64,000 nucleotides of DNA from Alphaproteobacteria bacterium (GTDB lineage Bacteria; Pseudomonadota; Alphaproteobacteria; UBA828), in the NCBI GenBank assembly GCA_965214705.1, contig OZ243972.1, positions 2,208,001 to 2,272,000 on the forward strand. Direction: 5' to 3'. The notes under the pieces are model-generated. The model saw nothing but the letters and a program-made list of their open reading frames with translations, was not told where the DNA came from and ran no database searches. Every line of letters begins with the position of its first letter. The first letter of the stretch is position 1. Of the stretch, positions 41,567-50,724 are shown in pieces. Both the position numbers and the translations under genes were made by a program.

Positions 41567-42442
41567 ATGATGCGCGGCATGCGCTATGAGGAACCCTTGG
41601 TCGCGCCCAACGGCGACCGCTTCGTTCTGATCGAGTTCGGCGACGACGGCGGGCTCCGGCTCAACCTGCAGGCCCGCGGCTTCGCCAGGGCCGTGGACGA
41701 GGCCCGCATTCCCGGCGTGATCGAGACCAATCCGGGCTTCAACTCCGTGCTCATCGAGTACGACTGGCAGCGCATCGCCTACGACGACCTCGTGCGCGAG
41801 GCGCTGGCGCTGGCCGACGCGGTGGGGACTCCCGACGAGATCGAAAGCCGGCTGGTCCACGTGCCCACCCTCTACCTCGACCCCTGGACCCGCGCCTGCA
41901 TGGAGGAGTACCACCGCACCATCAAGGAGCGGCCCTACGACCCCGAGTTCATCGTGGCGGAGAACGGGCTCTCCGGCCTCGACGAGCTGGTTGCGCTCCA
42001 TTCGGCGACCGAGTACTGGATCGGCATCATCGGCGCCTATCCCGGCCTGCCGCTCATGCGCCCGCTCGACCCGCGCTGCATCATCTACGCGCCCAAGTAC
42101 GACCCGCCCCGCATGTGGACGCCCCAAGGCGCGGTGGTCTGCGCCGGCGGCCAGAGCGCGATCCAGACCCTGCACTCGCCCGGCGGCTTCAACATGATCG
42201 GCCGCACGCCGCTCCCGATGCTGGACCCGGAGGGACGCATCCCGGCCTTCGGCGGCGGCATCGCGCTGCTCCGCGTCGGCGATCGCATCAAGTTCGATCC
42301 CATTGACCGCAGCGAATACGACCGCATCGAGGCGAAGCTGGCGGAAGGCACCTACCCCTTCAACATCGTCGAGTATCAGCGCTTCTCCCTATCCGCCTAC
42401 GAGGCCTGGGTGGCGACGCTCGACGCGGAGCAGAGGCACTGA
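41567..42442 (+). CDS. PxpB/allophanate hydrolase subunit 1-like carboxyltransferase-domain protein
   Basis: GDRFVLIEFG, GAYPGLP, PRMWTPQGAV and SPGGFNMIGRTP motifs. Confidence 0.85.
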   Translation: MMRGMRYEEPLVAPNGDRFVLIEFGDDGGLRLNLQARGFARAVDEARIPGVIETNPGFNSVLIEYDWQRIAYDDLVREALALADAVGTPDEIESRLVHVPTLYLDPWTRACMEEYHRTIKERPYDPEFIVAENGLSGLDELVALHSATEYWIGIIGAYPGLPLMRPLDPRCIIYAPKYDPPRMWTPQGAVVCAGGQSAIQTLHSPGGFNMIGRTPLPMLDPEGRIPAFGGGIALLRVGDRIKFDPIDRSEYDRIEAKLAEGTYPFNIVEYQRFSLSAYEAWVATLDAEQRH

Positions 42443-42456
42443 GCGCGACGCCCGTC

Positions 42457-43440
42457 ATGGAGGTGCTGAAGCCCGGCCTGGAGACCACGGTCCAGGACTA
42501 TCCGGGCCGTGTCGGCGTGGTCAGCACCGGCTACCCGATCTCGGGCCCGATGGACGGCTGGTCCTTCCGCATCGCCAACCGCCTGGTGGGCAACGACGCC
42601 AGCGCCGCGGGGCTCGAATGCCAGTTCATCGGCCCCACCCTGCGCTTTCACGACGACCGCGTGGTCGCGATTTGTGGCGCCGAGATGCCCGCCGCGCTGG
42701 ATGGCACGCCCTTCGAGGGCTGGACCAGCATCGCGGTGCGCGCCGGCCAGACCGTGACACTGGGTTCGGCAACACGGGGCGCGCGCGCCTATCTCGCGGT
42801 CTCCGGCGGCATCGACGTGCCGCCCTTTCTGGGCTCACGCTCCACCTATCGCCTCGGGCAGATCGGAGGCGCCGGGGGAGAGCCGCTCAAGGCCGGGCAG
42901 CATCTGCCCCTCGGCCCCGGTGAGGGCACGCCGGGGCGCCGGGCCGCAGTTCACGCCCGGCCGCGCTTCCCCAATGACCGGATCTGGTCGGTCGAGGCGG
43001 TGCCGGGGCCCAGGGAGGACTGGATCGACGAGGCCGGCCACGCCCGCTTCCTGACGCACGACTGGCGCGTCTCCGCCCACAGCAACCGGGTGGGGGTGCG
43101 CCTCGAAGGGCCGGAGTGGACCTTCACCCGCCGCGCCTACGACAAGTCGCCGGAGAACGGCACGCACCCCTCCAACATCATCGAGCACGGCTATGGCCTC
43201 GGCTCGATCAACCTCTGCGGCCAGACGCCCATCGTCCTCGGGCCGGACGGCCTCACCCTCGGCGGCTTCATCAACCCCTACACCGTGCCGACCGGCTCGC
43301 TCTGGAAGCCCGGTCAGGCGCGGCCCGGCGACATCTTCCGCTTCCGCGCCGTCAGCGTGCGCGAGGCGCAGGAGGCCCGCGCCGCGCTCGATGCGCTTTG
43401 CGCAGCACCCGACGCCATCGAGGAGATCGGCGCAGGCTGA
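42457..43440 (+). CDS. PxpC/allophanate hydrolase subunit 2-like protein
   Basis: TTVQDYPGR, SGPMD, ANRLVGN, GARAYLAVSGG, SNRVGVRL and DGLTLGGF motifs. Confidence 0.88.
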   Translation: MEVLKPGLETTVQDYPGRVGVVSTGYPISGPMDGWSFRIANRLVGNDASAAGLECQFIGPTLRFHDDRVVAICGAEMPAALDGTPFEGWTSIAVRAGQTVTLGSATRGARAYLAVSGGIDVPPFLGSRSTYRLGQIGGAGGEPLKAGQHLPLGPGEGTPGRRAAVHARPRFPNDRIWSVEAVPGPREDWIDEAGHARFLTHDWRVSAHSNRVGVRLEGPEWTFTRRAYDKSPENGTHPSNIIEHGYGLGSINLCGQTPIVLGPDGLTLGGFINPYTVPTGSLWKPGQARPGDIFRFRAVSVREAQEARAALDALCAAPDAIEEIGAG

Positions 43441-43475
43441 GGGCACGCCAGTCCCCGCCGCACCGGTGTCCATCC

Positions 43476-44312
43476 ATGACCTCTGCCCGATTCCGGCCCC
43501 ACCATGCGCTCGGCCTCGCGGCGGCGCTGACCTTCGCGCTCTTCCCCGTCTTCTGGATGGTCTCCACCTCGCTCAAGCCGCTTGCCGAGTGGGCGGCGGT
43601 GCCGCCGCCCTGGGTGCCGCGCGACGTGACGCTCGGGAACTACGCGCCGCTCTTCCAGCGCTACGAGGAGAGCTATGTCACCGCGCCGAGGACCGGGCTC
43701 GGCGCCATTCTCGACTCCTTCATCATCGCCGGCGGCACCACGGCGCTCGCGCTGGCGATCGGGCTGCTCGCGGCGATCGGCTTCTCACGCTACCGCGCGG
43801 GCAGCGACCGGCTCGCCATCGGGATCCTCGCGGTCCGCGCCGTGCCGCCGATCACGCTCGCAATCCCGGCGCTCTTCCTCTTCACCTCGATGGGCCTGCG
43901 CGACACCCACATCGGCATCATCCTGGTCCACGCTGCCTTCGGCGTGCCGTTCTCCTTCTGGATGCTGAAGAGCTTCATCGACGAGGTGCCGCCCGCCATC
44001 GAGGAGGCCGGCATGATGGACGGCATGAGCCGTCTGCGCGCACACCTCGTCGTCACCGTGCCGATGATCCGGGGCGGGCTCGCGGTCACCGGCCTCTTCA
44101 TCTTCATCCTCACCTGGAACGAGTTCCTGCTGACGGTCACGCTGAGCGACAAGCTGATCGTTACCGTACCGATCTATCTGCACCATCACACCGGGGTCTA
44201 TGGCGTGCAGGCGGCGCTCGCGGTCGCAGCCGCGATGCCCATCGTGCTCTTCGGCTTCCTGATTCAGAAGCACCTCGCCCGCGCGTTTACCCTGGGCGCA
44301 ATCAAGCAGTAG
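43476..44312 (+). CDS. Carbohydrate ABC transporter permease (MalG-like), orphan
   Basis: PVFWMVSTSLK, EAA-like IEEAGMMDG and FILTWNEF motifs. Confidence 0.88.
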   Translation: MTSARFRPHHALGLAAALTFALFPVFWMVSTSLKPLAEWAAVPPPWVPRDVTLGNYAPLFQRYEESYVTAPRTGLGAILDSFIIAGGTTALALAIGLLAAIGFSRYRAGSDRLAIGILAVRAVPPITLAIPALFLFTSMGLRDTHIGIILVHAAFGVPFSFWMLKSFIDEVPPAIEEAGMMDGMSRLRAHLVVTVPMIRGGLAVTGLFIFILTWNEFLLTVTLSDKLIVTVPIYLHHHTGVYGVQAALAVAAAMPIVLFGFLIQKHLARAFTLGAIKQ

Positions 44313-44322
44313 GGAACCCGCC

Positions 44323-45645
44323 TCAGCCGAGCGCCGCGTCGACCTCGTCCAGGATCGTGTCGAAAACCCCGATGGCGTCGCCGATCTGCTCGGCGTCGAT
44401 ACAGAGCGGCGGGCCGATCAGGAGGCCGTTGAGGCAGGTCCGGGCCTCCAGCCCGTGCTCGATCATCCGGCGCTTCATCATCTCGTTGAGCGCCGCGTGG
44501 TTCGGCGCCGTCGAGAACGGCGCATCGGTCGCCGCATCGGCGGTGAGCTCGATGGCGCCGAGCAGGCCCAGCGAGCGCACGTCGGAGACGCACGAATGCC
44601 GCTTGAGGTCCTCCAGTCCCGAAGCCAGCACCTTGCCCATCCGCGCCGCGTTCTCGATCAGTCCGTCGTTCTCGTAGGCGTCGAGCGCGGCGCAAGCTGC
44701 GGCGCAAGCGATGGGGTTGCCGGTCTGGGTCGAGCCGAGCGGGAACCAGTCGTCGTCGAAGTGCGCGGCGACATGGGGCCGCATCAGCACGGCGCCCATG
44801 GGGATGTAGCCCGAGGTGATGCCCTTCGAGACCGCCATCAGGTCGGGCACCACGCCCCAATGCTCCATACCGAACCAGCGCCCGGTACGGCCGAAGCCGC
44901 AGATCACCTCGTCCGCGATCATCAGGATGTCGTAGCGGTCGCAGATCTCACGCAGCATGGGGAAATATTCAGGCGGCGGCTTGATCCCGCCGCTCGCCGC
45001 CGTCATCGGCTCGACGATGACCGCAGCGATCTGCCCCGGCCCCTCGCGCTGGATCACCTCCTCCACGCTCTTCGCGCATTGCACCTCGCAACCGGGGTAG
45101 GAGAGCGAGAAGGGGCAGCGGTGGCAGTAAGGGTCAAGGAAGCGGACGATGTTGGGATGTTCGTAACCGATGGCGAGGCGCCGGGGATCGCCGCTCGCCG
45201 ACATCGAGCCCGAGGTGGTGCCGTGGTAGGAGCGGTACTTGGCGAGGATCTTGCGTCGCCCGGTCACCAGGCGCGCGACCATCATGGCAATCTCGGTGGC
45301 CTCGCTGCCGCTCCCAGTGAAGAAGGCGGTCTGGATGTCGCCCGGCGCGATCTCGGCGAGCTTGCGGCCGAGCTTCTCGCGCGCGGCCGTGGTGTGGTGC
45401 GGCCCGATGTAGCAGAGCCTGCCGGCCTGCTCCTGAATCGCCGCGATCACCTTTGGATGCTGGTAGCCGAGATTGACGTTCACCAGCTGCGACGAGAAAT
45501 CGAGATAGCGCTTGCCTCCCGTGTCAAAGATGTAGGCGCCCTCGCCGCGCTCCATTTCGATCACCGGGTCGAGCGCGTTCTGCGCCGCCCAGGGGATGAT
45601 GTCGTAGCGCCGGTTCGCGCCGGCGGTTGCCATCGCCTCGCTCAT
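44323..45645 (-). CDS. Class III PLP aminotransferase
   Basis: YLDFSSQLVN, SYHGTT, DEVICGFGRTG and SKGITSGYIP motifs. Confidence 0.92.
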   Translation of the reverse strand: MSEAMATAGANRRYDIIPWAAQNALDPVIEMERGEGAYIFDTGGKRYLDFSSQLVNVNLGYQHPKVIAAIQEQAGRLCYIGPHHTTAAREKLGRKLAEIAPGDIQTAFFTGSGSEATEIAMMVARLVTGRRKILAKYRSYHGTTSGSMSASGDPRRLAIGYEHPNIVRFLDPYCHRCPFSLSYPGCEVQCAKSVEEVIQREGPGQIAAVIVEPMTAASGGIKPPPEYFPMLREICDRYDILMIADEVICGFGRTGRWFGMEHWGVVPDLMAVSKGITSGYIPMGAVLMRPHVAAHFDDDWFPLGSTQTGNPIACAAACAALDAYENDGLIENAARMGKVLASGLEDLKRHSCVSDVRSLGLLGAIELTADAATDAPFSTAPNHAALNEMMKRRMIEHGLEARTCLNGLLIGPPLCIDAEQIGDAIGVFDTILDEVDAALG

Positions 45646-45682
45646 GTCTCCCTCCTGCGTCCTTCGGCGGACACGGCGGCCG

Positions 45683-46030
45683 CTAGCGCGCGGCCACTAT
45701 CATGATCTCGACTGTGTAGTCCGGTGTCGCCAGCCTGCTCTCGACACAGGCGCGGCAGGGCGGGTTCTCCTTGGAGACCCAGGGGTCCCACACGCTGTTC
45801 ATCTCGTTGAAGGTCCGGATGTCGGAAAGCCAGACGTTGGCGGTGAGAATCTGCTCCTTCGACGAGCCCGCCTTTGCCAGCAGGGCCTCGATCTTGGCGA
45901 GAATCTGCCGGGTCTGGCCGGCGACGTCCTCGCTGGTGTCGTCCGCCACTTGGCCGGCGAGGTACACGCGATCCCCGTGCGTCACCGCCTGGCTCATGCG
46001 GGGGCCCTTGTCGAAGCGTTCGATTGTCAT
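45683..46030 (-). CDS. RidA family protein (YoaB-like)
   Basis: VYLAGQV, FNEMNSVWD, PCRACVES and VEIMIVA motifs. Confidence 0.9.
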   Translation of the reverse strand: MTIERFDKGPRMSQAVTHGDRVYLAGQVADDTSEDVAGQTRQILAKIEALLAKAGSSKEQILTANVWLSDIRTFNEMNSVWDPWVSKENPPCRACVESRLATPDYTVEIMIVAAR

Positions 46031-46088
46031 GGCTGGTCTCCACTCCTTGTCGATGGTCGTCGGGGTGATCGTAGCGGGCAAAGGCCCT

Positions 46089-47381
46089 TCACGCACCGGC
46101 GCGGGCCTCGAAGGCTCGCGCGGCGTCTGTGACGGCCTCGATGGTCGAGTACGTGGCGCCGTTCACAAGCAGCTCCCGGCCGAGGAGCAGGGCCGGGCGC
46201 TCGCAGGCGGCGCGGCGGTCGGGATCCTCGATCCACTCGAAGTCGATGTTGTGGGCGATCCCCAGGATGCGCCGGATCATCTTGGCGGCGCCGAACTGCA
46301 GCGTGTCGGTGAAGAGCGCGGCGATGGCGTCATCGCGTGCTTGCGCAAGCGAGGCCTCACCCTCTTCACCGGCGAAGAGGGCTGCCGGGTAAGCGTCACC
46401 CGCGCGCTCGGCCCAGAGCGCGCCGTAACACTCGGCGAAGGCGTGCCAGAAGGTCTCGGCCGTTTCCAGCACCCATGCCTTGTAGGCGGCGCGGTCGTCC
46501 GCCTCGGTCGCGTGACCGTCCTGGCTGAAATAGTTGAGCAGCAGGTTGCCGACGAAGGCGCCGGTGTCGAACCCCATCGGCCCGTAGAACGCGAACTCGG
46601 GATCGATCACGCGGGTGTCGTCCTGCGTCACCATGATCGAGCCGGTGTGCAGGTCGCCGTGGATCAGCGCTTCGGCGTTCCCCATGAACTTGCACTTGAG
46701 GCGGGAGACCGCACGCTTCAGCGGGGCATCGGCCCGAAACGCGGCGGCGAGGTCATCGAGCTGCGGCGAGGTCCACCAGTTGTTGTCGTGGACCATGTAG
46801 GGCTCGGTAAAGATCACGTCCTCCGTGAGCTTGCAGAGCGCAGTGTTGCCGCAGAAGAGAGCGACGCGCGCCTTCTTCTCTGCCGCGCCGGTGCCGAGGT
46901 CGGAGGTGAAGAAGAGCGTCCGCGCCATGTACTCCGCCACGTCGGTGGCAGCGCGCGGGTAGCGGATGCCCTGGATCATGCCCCGCCGCATGATGATGTG
47001 GGGCTCCAGCAGTTCCATCACGATCAGCATCAGCACGGGATCGAAGCGGTAGATCTCAGGCGTGAGCCCCGGCGCATGGCGGCCGTGCTCCGCCAGCGCC
47101 TCGTGCTCGAAGAAGGCGCGGTTGAGCGGTAGCGGCCAGCTCTCGCCCACCAGCCGCACGTAGGGCAGCGCCTGCTTCACGCAGAGGCCGCCGGCCGGGC
47201 CGTGCACCAGGAAGACCAGGTTGAGGTTGCCGTCGCCGACCTCTTCCACCCGCCAATCGCCTGGCGTGCCCCCGAGGCGCGCGCGCAGTTCCGGCTGCTC
47301 CGCGAGATAGGGGGCGAGGGTATCGGTATCGAGCGGCCGGTATCCCTCGGGAATGACGATCGCGGGTTGGTCTGCGCTCAA
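46089..47381 (-). CDS. mtnK: S-methyl-5-thioribose kinase
   Basis: EVGDGNLNLVF, KQALPYVR, HGDLHTGS and IDPEFAFYGP motifs. Confidence 0.95.
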   Translation of the reverse strand: MSADQPAIVIPEGYRPLDTDTLAPYLAEQPELRARLGGTPGDWRVEEVGDGNLNLVFLVHGPAGGLCVKQALPYVRLVGESWPLPLNRAFFEHEALAEHGRHAPGLTPEIYRFDPVLMLIVMELLEPHIIMRRGMIQGIRYPRAATDVAEYMARTLFFTSDLGTGAAEKKARVALFCGNTALCKLTEDVIFTEPYMVHDNNWWTSPQLDDLAAAFRADAPLKRAVSRLKCKFMGNAEALIHGDLHTGSIMVTQDDTRVIDPEFAFYGPMGFDTGAFVGNLLLNYFSQDGHATEADDRAAYKAWVLETAETFWHAFAECYGALWAERAGDAYPAALFAGEEGEASLAQARDDAIAALFTDTLQFGAAKMIRRILGIAHNIDFEWIEDPDRRAACERPALLLGRELLVNGATYSTIEAVTDAARAFEARAGA

Positions 47382-47466
47382 GTCTCGATCGATCCGTGTT
47401 GTTGCGCGGCCCGACCTTAGTCAATCGCCGCAGCGCCGCAATCTTCCTTGTGGCGAGCGGCGGGGG

Positions 47467-48477
47467 CTATTCGCCCCAGACCTCGCGGAAGACCCTGACC
47501 CAGTTGCCGCCTAGAATCTTCTTGGTCGTTTGCTCGCTGTAGCCGCGTTCCAGTAGGCGCCTGGTCAGGTTCCGCATTTCGCGGGGCGTGGCGATCCCGT
47601 CGGGGAAGTGGTGCGGCGGTGGCGGGTAGGACTCGGGCCGCCAGTCGCCGATCGCGACGCGGTGCTCGTACATGCGTGTGGCCTCTTCGTCGTCGACCAC
47701 CGGCACTTGCCCCCGGTAGTAGTCGAGGCCGAGGCCGACATGATCGTCGCCGACGAGCCCGACCGCATAGTCGATGTGGTCGACGAACTCGTCGAGGGTC
47801 GGTCTCGGCGAGGCGCTGACGAAGGACGGGAAACCGACCATGCCGACAAGACCGCCGGTCGCTGCGGCCGCCTTCATCTGTTCGTCGGTGATGTTGCGGC
47901 GCGACTCCCGCACCGCCTTCGGGTTCGCGTGGGAGAAGACCACGGGGCGCGAGGATGCCTCGATCGCCTCCATGGTCGTGCGGTAGCCGGTGTGGGAGCA
48001 ATCGACGACGATGCGCGCCTCGTTGAGACGCTCGACCACCTTGAGGCCGAAGGTGCTGAGCCCGGCGTCCGTTCGTTCCTCGCAGCCGTCGCCCACCCGG
48101 TTCTTCACGTTGTAGGCGAGCTGAATCATGCCGACGCCCAGTGCCTTGTAAGCATCGATCAAGTTGAGGTCGTCCTCGATCGGCTCAGTCCCCTGGAAGT
48201 GGAAGAACAGGCCGAACTTGCCCGCGGCCTTGGCGGTCGCGAAGTCGGCGGCGCGCCTGATGTGGACGAGCCTCGGGTCCTGATCGATGGCGCGAATCCA
48301 GTCCCCCAGCGCCCTGAGCGTCGGGCCGGCGCGCTCGAAGGCGCCGGCGGTCGGACCCGCCGCGCTGACGCCCCCTTCGATCCACCAGTCGATGTATTCG
48401 CGGCGCACCATGAGCGGGCAGACCGCGTCGATCACGACGGCCTCGTCGTGGATGCGCTCGAAATCGGGCTTGGCCAC
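47467..48477 (-). CDS. Membrane dipeptidase (M19) family amidohydrolase
   Basis: QLAYN, VDCSH, FSHAN, RNITD and HVGLGLD motifs. Confidence 0.88.
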   Translation of the reverse strand: MAKPDFERIHDEAVVIDAVCPLMVRREYIDWWIEGGVSAAGPTAGAFERAGPTLRALGDWIRAIDQDPRLVHIRRAADFATAKAAGKFGLFFHFQGTEPIEDDLNLIDAYKALGVGMIQLAYNVKNRVGDGCEERTDAGLSTFGLKVVERLNEARIVVDCSHTGYRTTMEAIEASSRPVVFSHANPKAVRESRRNITDEQMKAAAATGGLVGMVGFPSFVSASPRPTLDEFVDHIDYAVGLVGDDHVGLGLDYYRGQVPVVDDEEATRMYEHRVAIGDWRPESYPPPPHHFPDGIATPREMRNLTRRLLERGYSEQTTKKILGGNWVRVFREVWGE

Positions 48478-48606
48478 GCCGTCCTCCCCCTACGCTGCCC
48501 GTTATGACTCCGCGATCAGGCCCCTCATGTCCATGACCTCTTGCGGGGTGGGCGCAGGGAACCACATGGACTAGGAATCTCTTCTCGTCTCGAAAAGGTC
48601 TCCTCC

Positions 48607-50697
48607 ATGCCCGCGTCCGACCCCAAGCCCCCCGTTGCGCTCCGAAAGCCGGTCACGGCAATGCTGCACGGCATCGCGCGCAGCGACGACTACGCCTGGC
48701 TCAAGGATGCCGACTGGCAGCGGGTGATGCGCGTGCCGGAGACGCTCGACCCCGATATCCGCGCCTACCTGGAGGCCGAGAACGCCTACACCGACGCCTT
48801 TCTCGCGCCCCACAAGGCGCTCAGGGAGGCGCTGGTGGCCGAGATGCGCGGGCGCATGAAGGAGGACGACTCCTCGGTGCCGGCACCCGACGGCGCGTGG
48901 GCCTACTACCGCCGCTACGTGGAGGGCGGCGAGCATCCGCTTTTCTGCCGCGCTCCGCGCGACGACGTAGTGGCAGAGGTGCTGCTGCTCGACGGCAACC
49001 GCGAAGCCGAGGGCCAAGTATATTTCCGGATCGGGGATTGCGAGCACAGCCACGACCACCGCCGCCTCGCCTACACCCTCGACCTCAACGGCTCCGAGCG
49101 CTACCGCCTCTTCGTCCGCGACATCGCCTCCGGCGCGGTGATCGACGGGCCGATCGAGGACGCCTACGGCGATGTCATTTGGGCCGCCGACGGCGAGACC
49201 GTCTTCTACACCGTGCTCGACGAGAGCCACCGCCCCTACCAGGTGCGCCGTCACCGCGTGGGCAGCGCGGCGGAGGCGGACCCCGTGGTCTACGAAGAGT
49301 CCGATCCCGGCTTCTTTCTCAGAATCGGCGAGTCCGAGAACCGACGCTTCGTCCTGATCTCGGCCCACGACCACACGACCTCCGAGGTTCATCTGATCGA
49401 CGCCGCGGCGCCCGAGTCAGAACCCCGCCTCGTCGCCGCCCGAGAGCGCGGCATCGAGTACGACGTCGCCTTGCAAGGTGATCGCCTCTTCATCCTGACC
49501 AACGCCGACGGCGCCACCGACTTCAAGATCATGACCGCGCCGCTGGGGACGCCGGAGCGCGCGGCGTGGCAGGACTGGCTTCCCCACGAGGCCGGCACCT
49601 ACGTGCGCGCGCAGCTTCTCTTCGCCGGCCACCAGGTGCGGCTGGAGCGGGTCGGCGGCCTGCCGCGCATCGTCGTCACCGACCTGGAGACCGGCGAGGC
49701 GCACACCGTCGCCTTCGAGGAGGAGGCCTACGACCTCTCGCTCCTGCCTGGCTACGAGTTCGAGACCGAGACGGTCCGCTTCGTCTACAGCTCGATGACG
49801 ACACCGGCGCAGACCTTCGACTACGACATGCGCACGCGCACCCGCACGCTGCGCAAGACACAGGAGGTGCCGAGCGGCCACGACCCCGCCGACTACGTCA
49901 CCCGCAGGCTGACCGCCGTGAGCCGTGACGGCGCCGAGGTGCCGGTCTCGCTGCTCCATCGCCGCACGACCCCGCTGGACGGCACCGCCCAGCTCCTTCT
50001 TTACGGCTACGGCGCCTACGGCCACGCCATCCCGGCTGCGTTCTCCACCAACCGGCTGAGCCTGGTGGATCGCGGCTTCGTCTGCGCCATCGCCCACATC
50101 CGCGGCGGCTCGGATTGCGGCTATGGCTGGTATCTCGACGGCAAGCTCGCGAAGAAGACCAACACCTTCGCCGACTTCATCGCCGCCGCCGAGCACCTGA
50201 TCGCCGAACGCTACACCGCGAAGAGGCGGATCGCGGCCCACGGCGGCAGCGCCGGCGGCATGCTGATGGGGGCGGTCGCGAACCTGCGGCCCGACCTCTT
50301 CGCCAGCATCGTCGCCGAGGTGCCTTTTGTCGACGTGCTCAACACCATGTGCGACCGGGACCTGCCGCTCACGCCGCCGGAATGGCCGGAGTGGGGCAAC
50401 CCCATCGAGGACGAGGCCGCCTACCGAACCATCGCGGCCTATGCGCCCTACGAGAACGTGACCGCCCAGGCCTACCCGGCGATCTTCGCAACCGCAGGCC
50501 TCACCGACCCGCGCGTCACCTATTGGGAGCCGGCCAAGTGGGTGGCGCGGCTACGCAGGCTCAAGACCGACGGCAATCCGCTGCTGCTCCACACCAACAT
50601 GGAGGCCGGCCACGGCGGTGCCTCCGGCCGCTTCCGCCGTCTCAAGGAGGTGGCGATGGCCTACGCCTTCGTCCTCGCCATCGCCGACCGGGCCTGA
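48607..50697 (+). CDS. ptrB: Oligopeptidase B (S9A)
   Basis: DDYAWL, YGYGAYG, GGSAGG, DPRVTYWEPAKW and AGHGG motifs. Confidence 0.92.
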   Translation: MPASDPKPPVALRKPVTAMLHGIARSDDYAWLKDADWQRVMRVPETLDPDIRAYLEAENAYTDAFLAPHKALREALVAEMRGRMKEDDSSVPAPDGAWAYYRRYVEGGEHPLFCRAPRDDVVAEVLLLDGNREAEGQVYFRIGDCEHSHDHRRLAYTLDLNGSERYRLFVRDIASGAVIDGPIEDAYGDVIWAADGETVFYTVLDESHRPYQVRRHRVGSAAEADPVVYEESDPGFFLRIGESENRRFVLISAHDHTTSEVHLIDAAAPESEPRLVAARERGIEYDVALQGDRLFILTNADGATDFKIMTAPLGTPERAAWQDWLPHEAGTYVRAQLLFAGHQVRLERVGGLPRIVVTDLETGEAHTVAFEEEAYDLSLLPGYEFETETVRFVYSSMTTPAQTFDYDMRTRTRTLRKTQEVPSGHDPADYVTRRLTAVSRDGAEVPVSLLHRRTTPLDGTAQLLLYGYGAYGHAIPAAFSTNRLSLVDRGFVCAIAHIRGGSDCGYGWYLDGKLAKKTNTFADFIAAAEHLIAERYTAKRRIAAHGGSAGGMLMGAVANLRPDLFASIVAEVPFVDVLNTMCDRDLPLTPPEWPEWGNPIEDEAAYRTIAAYAPYENVTAQAYPAIFATAGLTDPRVTYWEPAKWVARLRRLKTDGNPLLLHTNMEAGHGGASGRFRRLKEVAMAYAFVLAIADRA

Positions 50698-50724
50698 AGG
50701 AGGCCAGCGGTATTCATGCCCGGC

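Noticed and set aside
47382-47466. SAM riboswitch upstream of mtnK
   Set aside because: Short spacer with no recognisable SAM-II/SAM-SAH consensus by eye.
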